Origin: an uncultured virus (IMG/VR IMGVR_UViG_3300034279_001265)
Lineage: Duplodnaviria > Heunggongvirae > Uroviricota > Caudoviricetes
IMG/VR virus record: IMGVR_UViG_3300034279_001265
Direction: 5' to 3' (one strand)
Length of the DNA: 64,000 nucleotides
Shown: one piece after another, positions 38,025-48,116 of the stretch
Position numbering within the stretch: position 1 is the stretch's first letter
Layout: each line of letters begins with the position of its first letter
Position numbers and translations under genes: made by a program
The notes under the pieces: model-generated
The model's database searches: none
Told to the model about the DNA's origin: nothing
Seen by the model: only the letters and a program-made list of their open reading frames with translations

Positions 38025-41000
38025 CTTGAGCTGTTGATGTGCTTGCTATTTGTGAGTTTTAATACCATCTTTTTGTCACCACTGACGTTTTTGCGCAGGA
38101 TGATATTGTTGCCATAGTGACGAAACTTCTTACGTTCAAGTGGTGACTTAAAGTAATCAATGTAGTCAGGGTTAATAATCTTCTGAACACCAGCACATTC
38201 TGTATTCCACATTGGTTCACGCGCAGTTGTAAATTCACCGCGATCTTTTGTGACATCCCAAAACTGATTAAACCTATACTTGTTTTCTTCTTTTGAAAAT
38301 AAAATCTCTATACCGCTTGTAGAAACTTGTGGATAGTTGACCAATTCTAAAGGAGCATTCTTGCCTTTAATTCTTAATTTAAGAAGTCCTGATATTTGCT
38401 CAGAGTTATACAATACAGCCCTGTCAAAATTTTCGTCAAGAATATGATGAAAATCTTTTCCGTCATTGTAAAACTTGTAAACATCCAAGGTGTATTCTAC
38501 ACTTCTAAGTGTGGTAACGGCATTTGGAGTTATCACAGGATATTCAATTTCCCATGCATAGTTTGTACCATAGTAGTTACAATAACTATCCCACCGGTCA
38601 TTGTGCCTCCAAATAGCATTTTCTTTTATTGAAAGAAAGTGTCTGAAAGAAGGCATCAGCAATGTTGGTTTCCAATCATGAAAACTTATCCATTGTTTGT
38701 TTTTAGGATCATAACTTATTGTCCAATGACAAGGTTTAAAAACAGCCGGATTGTCAAAACTGCAAAAAGTCTTTGTAGTAACAGGGTTGTTAGGTGAGCC
38801 TGATATTGTAACGTAATAGGGAACTCCTGATGGATCATCAAAAAGAAGATCGTTTCTCAATGGTGCATAGTCACGCTTAGTGAAATACACAATCTCATAC
38901 TGTGAATCATAAATTGCCTGTACGCCAATTCCAACAACTGGATTGTCATAATATGGATACTCAGGATATACTTTTAAAAACTTGCTTGGAAGATTTTCAT
39001 TAAACCAAAATTTCATACCATTGCGTGAAATCTCAGTAATTCCTCCAGCATACTGCATAATCTTACCAGACTGCTGTGAAACAAAAAATAAACCGTGAGG
39101 TGTATTGACTGCTGCTCTAGATGATATGCTACTTGCATAACCAATAGTGTCATCTGCATTGACAAGAGCTTGCATGTTTCCTTGAAACAGACCTCCATCA
39201 CCAATAGTCAGTTTGACACCACCGGTTGTCTGAAGCTGATCTACACCTACAAACATTACAGGTTCAGCATCTTCAAAAAGAATCATAGCGCCTGTAGCAT
39301 TAAGATTCTTAATTGTGCTTATCTTTCCTGAGAAGTCTTTGTAGTTAAGCGCAAGATAATTTCTCCAATTATCTCGTCTAAGTCCAGACTGTTGTTGGAG
39401 GGAGTATATTCCTCTATTAGGGTAATATTCAAACTGTGTGGTGTATAATCTAGGGTCGTAGTCGCGGGGGAGTATAGAAGCCCAGGATGCAAAGTTGTTG
39501 AAAAGTTTTGATGCACTGAGAGATAAGTCATACTTAAAAAAGATTGGTTTTGTAATAAGATCAGATCTGAACATTGTGCTCAAATCATTAAAGGAGTTTC
39601 CATAAACATCGTAGAACTTTTCATAAGATTCTTGACCATAGTCGCGATACGCCATGTTCAATTCACTTTCTGTAAAGAAATCTCTTACGCCATTGTGAAA
39701 CAAATACGCATAACTATTTCTTACTGTCAAAACCCCTGTTATAGAACTTGGACGATCTAAGCGATGAAAATCACTTGGAGTATTAAGGTCAATTATTGGT
39801 GACGTAAATACACCATTTGGAAAAATGCTTATGTTAAAGTCCTGTGCATCATACTTTTCAAAATTAACCCAATAACGTGGTGCAGGACCATTAACATAGT
39901 TGCGATAATCATACTCAGTCCTGTTTGGCATGTCATACATCCAGGTGTTAAAGAACATGTAAGGATTCTTTTCTGTGTAACGATTTATATACACATCTCC
40001 ACCAAAAATTGGACCCGATGTAAATCTTTGCTCTGTTTCACTAGAAGTTAAAAACACACACGATCCCGTAGGAAGTTGAACAACTGAGCTTAACTGACCA
40101 TACTGATTTTGAAAGTCAACCTTTATAGCACCATAATATGCAACAGTAGTTGTAGTAATTTCATTTTTTAAAGGGTCACTATAAGTGACACCACCATCTT
40201 TGATTCTGTGTTTTGTATTGTCTTGCCCGGTTACAGGATCCGACACAGTTGAAGACAGTTTTAACGCCACATACTTGTTGCGATTAAGATTATTAATCCT
40301 GTGTGTTGCGTCAAAGTCATGTAAACCTGACCCTATGTATTTAGCAGATGATGGTATAATTTGACGTCTAATAGACTTCTGCAATCCTCCTGGCACAGAA
40401 CTATTACTCACATTAGAAAAGGTAGAGTAAAATCCATGGGAATTATACTGAAGCATGTATTGACGTTCTTTAGAAATATTTCTTAAAACTTCCAATACCT
40501 GATCAATACCTTGACCAAAATAATAAAGACTACTTGTTGCTAAAACAGCAACACCAGCTGCATTAACACCAATGCTAACAGGATTTTGAAATGCTCCTGC
40601 AATAATTGCAGGTAATACTGTAGCACTTCCAGACTCTGTTGAAGATGCGGTAGTTACACCTATTCCACCAAGTTCACCTGAATAAGTTGTTTTGCCAAGA
40701 GCATTTATCAGTGCAATACCCGCTCCAACAACTGCTGCAATAGCAAAAGCACCATCTGAAAGCAAAACATGTTTTGGGTGCTTGTCAGGGAATTCATAGC
40801 GACCTGTTACTGTACCTCTCTCTTCTGTGTAAAGTTTGATATGATTTCCACCTAAGTAAGGTTTCACAAAGTTTGTTTCAACAGAGTGAAAAGAAAAAAT
40901 ATCTCTCTTATAGTTAGAAAGTTTTGAAGCTGACTCAATAGTGCCAGGATTAGCGGTACCGCTATCCAAAACAGAATAGTCGTCTGTCAAAAAGTTATCT

Positions 41001-42676
41001 GGACGCAAATCATTGTAAGGATAATTCTGAATGAGACCTTTTCTTGAATTGTTACCGGCAAGATTATACTCCAGCATGTTGTTGAACAAACCTTTTGCAA
41101 CAATGGTGCGGTTGCCCTCACGCGAACCTCTCAGTATCTCATAACCAATAATGTCTGGTATTGGTTGATTATTTTCATTTACAGGATGAGCAATATTGGA
41201 AAATTCAACACCGAGAATAATAATTTTTGTACCTCCTTGGTTGTGAATGTGAATAGTTTCATTAGAAGGCATTTTGTGATGCCTAATGGGTTTACCACAC
41301 AATGTGTCCCAAACAGGTTCTTTATCATCAGGATAACGTTCTGTAGACTCCCAGTATGACATATCACCTTTGGCAATAATGACGCCTCCATCAGGTGTAG
41401 TACCAGTTGCGTTGTACTTGGTAGAAGTATCATACACCTGCCAAGCTTTATTTTGAGAAGATGTAAGCAAGTCTGGACCAGAAACAGTAGTGGTATCTAC
41501 TGAATTGGAAGCACGTCCTGGAATATGAAAAGATGCAGAACGCGCACCAGTTCTGTATATCCAACGTATAAAAAATGGGTACACTTCATCACGCATGTAA
41601 CCAACTGTGTTTCCACCACCCCAATAGTAGTCAGCAGGATACTCAGCAGCTACCCATGAAGCTCTAATTTGATTTGCTAAAGGCTGATAGTTAAAATATG
41701 GTTGTGTGGTGACACCGGTTCTAATAAGGTAATCATTTACCTCAAACATTTTTTCACTCTTTTCATATACCACAGATTTAAGTGGTATCTGAGCAATGTC
41801 AATTGTAGGAAGACTTTGCAAAAATAAATCAAGTGTAACTTTGCTTTGTCGTATAGAGTAGTATCCAATCTTTTTAGCAATAGTCTGTTGATTAATAACA
41901 GCTATTACTACAAGTTCGTACTCATCAAAATTTTGATCAAGATTTGTAACTGAAATATCAATAGAACCACCAATGCCTGAGTGATCCCAAATAGCTTGTG
42001 GATTACTAGGAATAGAATAGTCTGTAAGACGTACTCCATTTTCAGAATAAGCTACACATGCAATGTAACTACCATTGTTTAGCTGACCTGCACCCTGTGC
42101 TTTACTAACCTTCACACAAGGTTGTGTAACCAAAGGATGAAGTCTTAACGCGTCACAATCTAACTCTTCTGAATAGAGTGGCTCATAACAATTAGGATCA
42201 GAATTTGCATCTCCTATTACTTTATATGGCACCCTGTCAAGATTCAGAACACGATCAGGGTTTAAATTGTCTGCAAAATATACAGAATCAGTGCCGTCAT
42301 AGTTGCCTTTGACTACTGCAGATATTAGGTGTGTTTTTTTAAAACCCAAACATGGGTCGTTCACTACAAGAGTGTAAGTACAGTTGCTCTCATCAAAGAT
42401 GCCTATTTCTGAAGCAGTGTCATTACCAGATAAAATTACCCACCGCGTCTGAGAAATATGCGCAAAGCCAAGGATTGTGTAAGGAACTGTAACGCAAATC
42501 TGGTTAGAAGGTTCATTTCCAATAGAACCCGACTCTCCATAATGAGAATTGTTAATAGCATTTACAGCATTAAGCCAAACTCCTTCTGACATATAAATGT
42601 CAGTATAGTCTTTGACCATGCCTTTGTGAAAGCTATTGGTCTCAGTTACACTGCTTTTGCTAAAATTTTCGCTCAT
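38021..42676 (-). CDS. Tail stabilisation / muzzle protein (1551 aa)
   Basis: N-terminal FHKGMVKD...NAVN...GSIGNEPSN and C-terminal WTISYDP...WISFHDWKP, as recalled for P22 gp10-like/crAss muzzle proteins; beta-rich; follows the ring genes. Confidence 0.75.
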   Translation of the reverse strand: MSENFSKSSVTETNSFHKGMVKDYTDIYMSEGVWLNAVNAINNSHYGESGSIGNEPSNQICVTVPYTILGFAHISQTRWVILSGNDTASEIGIFDESNCTYTLVVNDPCLGFKKTHLISAVVKGNYDGTDSVYFADNLNPDRVLNLDRVPYKVIGDANSDPNCYEPLYSEELDCDALRLHPLVTQPCVKVSKAQGAGQLNNGSYIACVAYSENGVRLTDYSIPSNPQAIWDHSGIGGSIDISVTNLDQNFDEYELVVIAVINQQTIAKKIGYYSIRQSKVTLDLFLQSLPTIDIAQIPLKSVVYEKSEKMFEVNDYLIRTGVTTQPYFNYQPLANQIRASWVAAEYPADYYWGGGNTVGYMRDEVYPFFIRWIYRTGARSASFHIPGRASNSVDTTTVSGPDLLTSSQNKAWQVYDTSTKYNATGTTPDGGVIIAKGDMSYWESTERYPDDKEPVWDTLCGKPIRHHKMPSNETIHIHNQGGTKIIILGVEFSNIAHPVNENNQPIPDIIGYEILRGSREGNRTIVAKGLFNNMLEYNLAGNNSRKGLIQNYPYNDLRPDNFLTDDYSVLDSGTANPGTIESASKLSNYKRDIFSFHSVETNFVKPYLGGNHIKLYTEERGTVTGRYEFPDKHPKHVLLSDGAFAIAAVVGAGIALINALGKTTYSGELGGIGVTTASSTESGSATVLPAIIAGAFQNPVSIGVNAAGVAVLATSSLYYFGQGIDQVLEVLRNISKERQYMLQYNSHGFYSTFSNVSNSSVPGGLQKSIRRQIIPSSAKYIGSGLHDFDATHRINNLNRNKYVALKLSSTVSDPVTGQDNTKHRIKDGGVTYSDPLKNEITTTTVAYYGAIKVDFQNQYGQLSSVVQLPTGSCVFLTSSETEQRFTSGPIFGGDVYINRYTEKNPYMFFNTWMYDMPNRTEYDYRNYVNGPAPRYWVNFEKYDAQDFNISIFPNGVFTSPIIDLNTPSDFHRLDRPSSITGVLTVRNSYAYLFHNGVRDFFTESELNMAYRDYGQESYEKFYDVYGNSFNDLSTMFRSDLITKPIFFKYDLSLSASKLFNNFASWASILPRDYDPRLYTTQFEYYPNRGIYSLQQQSGLRRDNWRNYLALNYKDFSGKISTIKNLNATGAMILFEDAEPVMFVGVDQLQTTGGVKLTIGDGGLFQGNMQALVNADDTIGYASSISSRAAVNTPHGLFFVSQQSGKIMQYAGGITEISRNGMKFWFNENLPSKFLKVYPEYPYYDNPVVGIGVQAIYDSQYEIVYFTKRDYAPLRNDLLFDDPSGVPYYVTISGSPNNPVTTKTFCSFDNPAVFKPCHWTISYDPKNKQWISFHDWKPTLLMPSFRHFLSIKENAIWRHNDRWDSYCNYYGTNYAWEIEYPVITPNAVTTLRSVEYTLDVYKFYNDGKDFHHILDENFDRAVLYNSEQISGLLKLRIKGKNAPLELVNYPQVSTSGIEILFSKEENKYRFNQFWDVTKDRGEFTTAREPMWNTECAGVQKIINPDYIDYFKSPLERKKFRHYGNNIILRKNVSGDKKMVLKLTNSKHINSSR

Positions 42677-43047
42677 TGTTCTTTGATGTTGTAGTTCTTA
42701 GATTTCAACACCTTGTACACCTCTTCTGTAAGATATCCTATAAGCCATGCTGTAGATTCTTCATCTTTTATTTCAATGTCAGATGTCATCTTAACAGCAA
42801 GATGAAACACTTCGTGGGCAATAAGATTGTGAGAAAGTTGTTCTTCAACAAGGACTATGTAATACTCATGTCCTTTGGAAGTAAACAACTCAAAAACAAC
42901 ACCATCTGCGTCCATGACATCTATCATGCCGCTGCACTTCTTATCAAGTTCAATCTGCATGTCTTCCATGTTTTTTACTACACATAGCATTGCATGCCTG
43001 CTATAAATTGAAACAGGTATCTTGCGTTTAAATATCTTACTAGCCAT
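42673..43047 (-). CDS. Small HExxH (zincin-like) protein (124 aa)
   Basis: LIAHEVFHLA followed by DEESTAWLIGYL (third-ligand Glu pattern). Confidence 0.6.
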   Translation of the reverse strand: MASKIFKRKIPVSIYSRHAMLCVVKNMEDMQIELDKKCSGMIDVMDADGVVFELFTSKGHEYYIVLVEEQLSHNLIAHEVFHLAVKMTSDIEIKDEESTAWLIGYLTEEVYKVLKSKNYNIKEQ

Positions 43048-43051
43048 TGTA

Positions 43052-44146
43052 TTAACTTTTAAACATGTTGTAGTACTTATGGTATTGAGCCTTGCGGTTC
43101 ATTTCCCACACTTGCTGAAGCTCTCTAAAATCTGGAGTGTTAATAAATGACAACGCATTGTTTCTTGCAGCCCTGAGTCTTTGCTCTACTAATTGCATAA
43201 AATTTGCCACATTTTCACCACTCATGTATAAATTTTCATAAATGCGTTGCTTTAGTGCATATTCATAAAATTCATTGACAATTGGATGATCCATTACCAT
43301 AAGATTTCCCTCATCGTCTTCCATTAAAGACTGATAGTTTACATAGACGACTCCTTCATCAAAATTGGTGACCAAAAACCCATTCTTTATAACAGCTGTG
43401 TGCCAGTCATTACTATTGAGATTAATGCAGTCTGGTGATACACTTTTGGATTTCTGTATGCGCATTGGTGTAAGCACATTGTAGGTATAACGCCTTCCTG
43501 GCGTATTGTATGCCATAATGTGATTTCCATCTTGGTCCTGTTCAATAACTGCAGAATTAACTCCTGAAAAAACAGGTCTTGACGCCATGATAATAATCTT
43601 GGCATTAGTAATGTTTACAGGAGCGTCAGATATAATTTGAAGCAACGATGTTGTTGGCGTAAGTAAATTAAAAGAAAGCAGAGTGTCATCAGGACCAATC
43701 GCCTGAACAATAAGATTCTGAGAGTCTAAACTGTGATTGATATTGTTTACGCCAGGTGTAAGAGTCTGTATAATAGTCTGCTGCTGAACCACGTTTCCAA
43801 GTGCATAAAATGCAGCTTCTTGACCCATTGCAGCACCTTCCAACAATCCTTCCGTATAAGTTTTTGTCTTATTAGGATGTTCTAAATCATGAACATTACG
43901 ACCTTCGCAAAGCAGTGCAAAATTGAGCACATAAAAATCATTAGGTAGTTTACCCTTGCCTTTATGTATTTCAATTGCTTTAGAACGCGAAAGATTAACT
44001 TTAAGACCAAGTTCATAATTTACCCTTATAGCAACTTTTAACAGTTGTTGAGCATCAATCATTCCCTCAAGGTCAAAACCACGCAAGTCAATTTTGACAC
44101 TATCAAGAAGATCGTCAAAATTTCTATATTGTACCTCTGTCATCAT
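43052..44146 (-). CDS. Tail ring / tubular protein (364 aa) with an inserted beta domain
   Basis: IEIHKGKGKLPNDF and GFLVTNFDEGVVYVNYQSLMEDDEGNLMVMDHP pattern of crAss tail-tubular/ring proteins; lies just before the muzzle gene. Confidence 0.65.
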   Translation of the reverse strand: MMTEVQYRNFDDLLDSVKIDLRGFDLEGMIDAQQLLKVAIRVNYELGLKVNLSRSKAIEIHKGKGKLPNDFYVLNFALLCEGRNVHDLEHPNKTKTYTEGLLEGAAMGQEAAFYALGNVVQQQTIIQTLTPGVNNINHSLDSQNLIVQAIGPDDTLLSFNLLTPTTSLLQIISDAPVNITNAKIIIMASRPVFSGVNSAVIEQDQDGNHIMAYNTPGRRYTYNVLTPMRIQKSKSVSPDCINLNSNDWHTAVIKNGFLVTNFDEGVVYVNYQSLMEDDEGNLMVMDHPIVNEFYEYALKQRIYENLYMSGENVANFMQLVEQRLRAARNNALSFINTPDFRELQQVWEMNRKAQYHKYYNMFKS

Positions 44147-44158
44147 TGCTTAACTTGT

Positions 44159-44830
44159 TTATCGTGCCGAGTGTCTGTTATCTTGCTGAGTATCTTGAGG
44201 TATTTGAAGCATTACTCCAAGGTCTCTCAAAACAAGTTGTTCAATTTCTGAAAACAAAAATTCAGGAACATTGATAGTCTTATCCTGAATTGAGGTACAA
44301 TCGTCAGAAGTTGTACAATTATACTTGCTAATATTACCTTCAAATACACCTTCTATACGTATTGCGTCCCACTCAAGATTTGGAAAGTAGAGATACCCAT
44401 TAAGAAACCAGTAGTACTTCTTTTTGTTGTACTTAAAGGTTTTTTGGCGACTCATCTGCTCATAAGTAGTAGGAAAAGTAGGAGTGAGTTCCTCAGAAAA
44501 ATCAATAGAAGTCACTGACCTAATCAAAGGTCCATAGTAACCTTCGATCATTGCTGGAAGCTTTTCTTTGGTGCGTTTGATGTAACAGTCTGATGTAATA
44601 CAATGACAATCAGATTGAGCCCGGTCAACTTCTATAAGTTCAACAAAGTCAAGCACTTGAAATACAGAGTTAAACTTCATAATGCGGTTCAGGTTATCCT
44701 GGCGACGCATTAAAAGTTTTGCATGCTTCATGATCAACGAATACAAAAACCTGTCGGTCATAAAAGCGTCTTGCTTTACAGCCTTTATAAGGTTGCGTAT
44801 TCTAGATACAGCTTCTGATATAGTAATCAT
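44159..44830 (-). CDS. Tail ring / head-tail adaptor protein (223 aa)
   Basis: N-terminal helix pair, RTKEKLP, YYWFLNGYLYFPN, C-terminal IPQDTQQD; ring-protein-like by recall and position. Confidence 0.6.
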   Translation of the reverse strand: MITISEAVSRIRNLIKAVKQDAFMTDRFLYSLIMKHAKLLMRRQDNLNRIMKFNSVFQVLDFVELIEVDRAQSDCHCITSDCYIKRTKEKLPAMIEGYYGPLIRSVTSIDFSEELTPTFPTTYEQMSRQKTFKYNKKKYYWFLNGYLYFPNLEWDAIRIEGVFEGNISKYNCTTSDDCTSIQDKTINVPEFLFSEIEQLVLRDLGVMLQIPQDTQQDNRHSAR

Positions 44831-44835
44831 TTTTC

Positions 44836-45417
44836 TTAAAATTCAAACTCGTTGTATGTATCAACCTGCTCTTTAGCTAACTCTTGTCTATCCATGTGAT
44901 ATTGCAAGGAACGATAAAGACCTGCCATTTTCATGTTAGGATCTACTTGCACATACTGTTTCCATTTTTCTGGATAGGTTTTTCCCACAGTACGCTTGAA
45001 ATCTCTGGTAGGTACAAAGCCATAGAGTTCGTTATTCTTAAAACGATACTTGGTCCCATAAGTAGTAAAGAATATCTTGGCTAAATGCTGGTCACTCTCC
45101 CAATTGCGGTGCTGAATAACCTTCATGTACTCAAGTGTAGTTTTGTAATCTACATTCTTATGTTTCTTAGGGGGACAAGTTCCTATGAAAAGGTGCCCTA
45201 TCTGCTCTGGAATTTCCACACCATCACGTTTCTCAATTACCATCTGCCACATGACTCCATTAAAAGTGCTGATAATCTCTTTAATTTCAGCAGCAGTTAA
45301 GTGCTTGGCAGCTGGGAGGTTTTCCCTGATAATCTTTATGAAGTCTCTGTTAAGAGTTCCTTCAGCAATTCTTCTGAAACGTGGCGCGTGGAGGTCAAGC
45401 TTTTTTGCATCTTTCAT
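44836..45417 (-). CDS. HU/IHF-like DNA-binding protein (193 aa)
   Basis: LTAAEIKEIISTFNGVMWQMVIEKRDGVEIPEQIGHLFI resembles the HU/IHF helix-strand core; crAss-like phages carry IHF-like genes at this position. Confidence 0.55.
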   Translation of the reverse strand: MKDAKKLDLHAPRFRRIAEGTLNRDFIKIIRENLPAAKHLTAAEIKEIISTFNGVMWQMVIEKRDGVEIPEQIGHLFIGTCPPKKHKNVDYKTTLEYMKVIQHRNWESDQHLAKIFFTTYGTKYRFKNNELYGFVPTRDFKRTVGKTYPEKWKQYVQVDPNMKMAGLYRSLQYHMDRQELAKEQVDTYNEFEF

Positions 45418-45423
45418 AGTCGC

Positions 45424-45442
45424 CTTACAATAAGAATTTACG
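45424..45442 (-). promoter_or_regulatory. Repeated upstream motif copy (candidate late promoter)
   Basis: Minus strand CGTAAATTCTTATTGTAAG just upstream of the HU/IHF-like gene. Confidence 0.4.
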
Positions 45443-45479
45443 CAATAAAATGGACATTTTGTGCATGTTGGTGCATAAA

Positions 45480-46829
45480 TTAGACACTATAAACAAATTC
45501 GGATATCAAACCCTTCTTAGCTTCATGCAGGTGCAATAACGCCGATCGCTTGTTACCTACAAACTTGTTGTGATAGTGATAATAGTCTGAGTTTGTCAGT
45601 GCAGGTATAATCCTGGAAACAAACCCATTTTCTTCATTTTCAGTCACAAATTCTTTAGTCTTACGCCCATGGTAGTGTCCGGTGTAAAGCATGCGATGCT
45701 TAGAAGCACCCCACTGCTGAGGATACTCCACAGCATAGACCAATGGGTTATTTTTAGCTGTTACGTCCCCATGCTCAAAACAAAGCATGTTGTCCCCGTA
45801 AGTAATAACCTTTCGTTCTGCATAATCAATATTGAAGACTGTATTAGGCCACTTTCTAAAAGTCTGTGAAAGCGCGTGCAACAGGTGAAAGGAAGAAAGA
45901 CGATCGTGATTTCCTGAGATAAAGACCACCTCAAGATTATCACAAAATTGTTTAACATGAGAAATCGTCCATGCCAGCGCATCAAAAGCTTTTAAGTATG
46001 CTTCTGTGGCCATTTCTGAGTTTTCAACCGGTGTGCCTTTGGTAGTAGTTCCAGAAAAGGTGTCCATATTAAGTGTATCAGGACCAATGATCATGATAAC
46101 CTTTTCCATCGTATAATTTTTAAAACCCTTGGCAACAAGGTAATCAATAGAGTTTTTTAAGATATCACCCATATCACCGTTACCAACCTTGCCAAAATGT
46201 AGATCTTGTAAAGAAAGAACCCCGCAAACTTTTTCTGACGACGTAGCGTTAATCCAGAAAGCTGCGGGGTCAATAGGTTCAAACTGAGGTAGTTTGTATT
46301 CTGAGAGCAGTTCTAAGAAGTTATGCTGAACTTGCTCTGCCTGGGGGATTCTGGTCACAAGCGCTGAAACCAACCACTTGGTACCTTTTTCTTTATTCCA
46401 ATATTGCGATAACTTCCATTTAGTAGTGTCTATTTTAAGAATCTCAATAATTTCCTCTGCACTGCGAGGTTCTGTAGCAAAGATGCCAGTAATCTTAGAA
46501 GTGCCACTTTCTAAATCCTCATGTACTTCTACCACAGAGTTAGACTTGACTTCAGCTTTATGATATCGCATATCACCTGTAATCCCCAACTGCTCCTCCA
46601 TTTCGTAAAGCTGTTCTTCTACAGAAAGCTCTGATTTAACGCCGGATAGCTTGTTTTGCACCATTTTCAACATAATGTCATCCATCTGTTGACCTACATT
46701 GTTGACAACAGAAATGATTTCTGCTCTAATCTTTTGGTACTGGCTTAAAGGAATACCCAAGCGTTCAGCTTCTGTATCAGCTGATCTTTTGCGTTTTAGA
46801 CTGTTATAGACTGCTTCAATGATGTTCAT
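45480..46829 (-). CDS. Calcineurin-like metallophosphoesterase with N-terminal helical/HTH-like region (449 aa)
   Basis: Motifs DLHFG, (G)PDTLNMD, GNHD, EHGD and GHYH in canonical order. Confidence 0.85.
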   Translation of the reverse strand: MNIIEAVYNSLKRKRSADTEAERLGIPLSQYQKIRAEIISVVNNVGQQMDDIMLKMVQNKLSGVKSELSVEEQLYEMEEQLGITGDMRYHKAEVKSNSVVEVHEDLESGTSKITGIFATEPRSAEEIIEILKIDTTKWKLSQYWNKEKGTKWLVSALVTRIPQAEQVQHNFLELLSEYKLPQFEPIDPAAFWINATSSEKVCGVLSLQDLHFGKVGNGDMGDILKNSIDYLVAKGFKNYTMEKVIMIIGPDTLNMDTFSGTTTKGTPVENSEMATEAYLKAFDALAWTISHVKQFCDNLEVVFISGNHDRLSSFHLLHALSQTFRKWPNTVFNIDYAERKVITYGDNMLCFEHGDVTAKNNPLVYAVEYPQQWGASKHRMLYTGHYHGRKTKEFVTENEENGFVSRIIPALTNSDYYHYHNKFVGNKRSALLHLHEAKKGLISEFVYSV

Positions 46830-46903
46830 AGAATAGGGTTTAAGTTAGCAAACTTTACAAAACTACAGTATTTTTTGTAAAAATAGGTCGTTTTGACATT
46901 ATC

Positions 46904-46940
46904 AAAAAAAGAAGACCCCTGGCTTTTGACCAGGGGCTCC
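46904..46940 (-). terminator. Intrinsic terminator after the Cys-rich fibre cluster
   Basis: Minus strand GGAGCCCCTGG-TCAAAAG-CCAGGGGTCTTC followed by T7. Confidence 0.85.
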
Positions 46941-47002
46941 TTCATCATATTACTGGAAAACCAACAAACCAGTGCAATGAATATCTAAATAAAATGTGCA
47001 AC

Positions 47003-47248
47003 TTAAGGAGCACACTCAACTTTATAGGCAAGCGCTGGGACTTCAGTAGATTCGTTTGTAGCACATATTTTTTTTACCTTAACATCATAACTAGTACCAC
47101 ACACAATTCCTTGAGTAATTACAATTGGAAGAGTAACACTAGCAGGATATGTCTGACAAATCCATGTGGGTGATGTATCAGGTTTATGACAAACTTGAAA
47201 ATCAACTGCACCTGTTCCCTTGGTGAAATTTATATTTAACTGTGGCAT
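47003..47248 (-). CDS. Small FN3-like protein apparently lacking strand A (81 aa)
   Basis: LNINFT...FQVCHK...GIVCGTSYDVKVKKIC fits FN3 strands B-G. Confidence 0.6.
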   Translation of the reverse strand: MPQLNINFTKGTGAVDFQVCHKPDTSPTWICQTYPASVTLPIVITQGIVCGTSYDVKVKKICATNESTEVPALAYKVECAP

Positions 47249-47260
47249 ATCGTTTTATGT

Positions 47261-47809
47261 TTAAGAAACTGTGGCTACAAGATTTGTAACAGCTGCGCAA
47301 GCTGGTTGAGCTGGAATGGTAAAAGAACCATTGCATGTCAATGTTTGAGTACAACCTACAGCCTGAATTGTAGCAGTATACGTATAAGTTGTATCCCATT
47401 CAAGATCTCTTGTAAATGTATAAGGACCCGCTGTGTTAACGTTTTCTAAATGTGCACTTACTAAACCTGGCGCAAAGATTTGGACAGTTGTATATATTAC
47501 ATCTTGTCCACCAATGGCCGGTAACGTAAAAGTCACATCATCTAACGTAATGGAAGTTGTAATTGTAGGACACACCAGTTTTGCTGCACAAACATCAGCT
47601 CCGTCTGTCGGACCACCAACAGCACACTGTGTAACAATTTGATACAGATAAACCGTATTATTGACTGCTGTAGTATCACTGTAACTGCTTGCCGTAGCAT
47701 TGAGAGTTGCAATTGTAGAAAAACTAGTACTAGAAGTTTTTCTTTGAACAAGCTGGCCTGTAACATTTGCACCTGATGCAGGTGTCCAACTAAGATTAAT
47801 TGTTGCCAT
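47261..47809 (-). CDS. Tandem FN3-like fibre/decoration protein (182 aa; start revised to MATINLSW)
   Basis: INLSWTP...YSDTTAVNNTVYLYQIVTQC and LEWDTTYTYTATIQAVGC FN3 signatures. The ATG at 47809 avoids the 40-nt overlap with the upstream gene implied by the track start. Confidence 0.7.
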   Translation of the reverse strand: MATINLSWTPASGANVTGQLVQRKTSSTSFSTIATLNATASSYSDTTAVNNTVYLYQIVTQCAVGGPTDGADVCAAKLVCPTITTSITLDDVTFTLPAIGGQDVIYTTVQIFAPGLVSAHLENVNTAGPYTFTRDLEWDTTYTYTATIQAVGCTQTLTCNGSFTIPAQPACAAVTNLVATVS

Positions 47810-47817
47810 TATTAAAA

Positions 47818-48093
47818 TTATTGAGGAGTTGCTGTAAGATTTGTGGCTGCCAAACAACTTGTTGGAAGTTGTCCATCACAACACTGACATATTTTTGTAG
47901 CAAGAAGTTGCAAAATTTGGTTAAAATCCATACCTGTAGTAACATTTATACAGGGAATATTTGGACCAGTGTATCTTACACAAGGTCCAGTAATTACTTC
48001 AGGACACGCTTCACCAACACATGCAGGTGGTAATGGAATATCTACAGGCGGCAGCTGTTGCTGGCAAGGTTGACAATTTTGATTATTAGACAT
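47818..48093 (-). CDS. Cys-rich structural protein (91 aa)
   Basis: CVRYTGPNIPCINV...LATKIC module shared with the N-terminus of the 521-aa protein; ends CLAATNLTATPQ. Confidence 0.65.
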   Translation of the reverse strand: MSNNQNCQPCQQQLPPVDIPLPPACVGEACPEVITGPCVRYTGPNIPCINVTTGMDFNQILQLLATKICQCCDGQLPTSCLAATNLTATPQ

Positions 48094-48116
48094 TGTTTAT
48101 TTATTTACAAAATATG

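Noticed and set aside
47249..47817. Read-through or simple fusion joining the split FN3 genes
   Set aside because: The 91/182 junction is out of frame (8-nt gap) and the 182/81 junction has two in-frame TAA codons. Each gene has its own ATG.
47810..47857. Track start (MFGSHK...) for the 198-aa ORF
   Set aside because: It overlaps the upstream gene's 3' end. The ATG at 47809 is the more plausible start.
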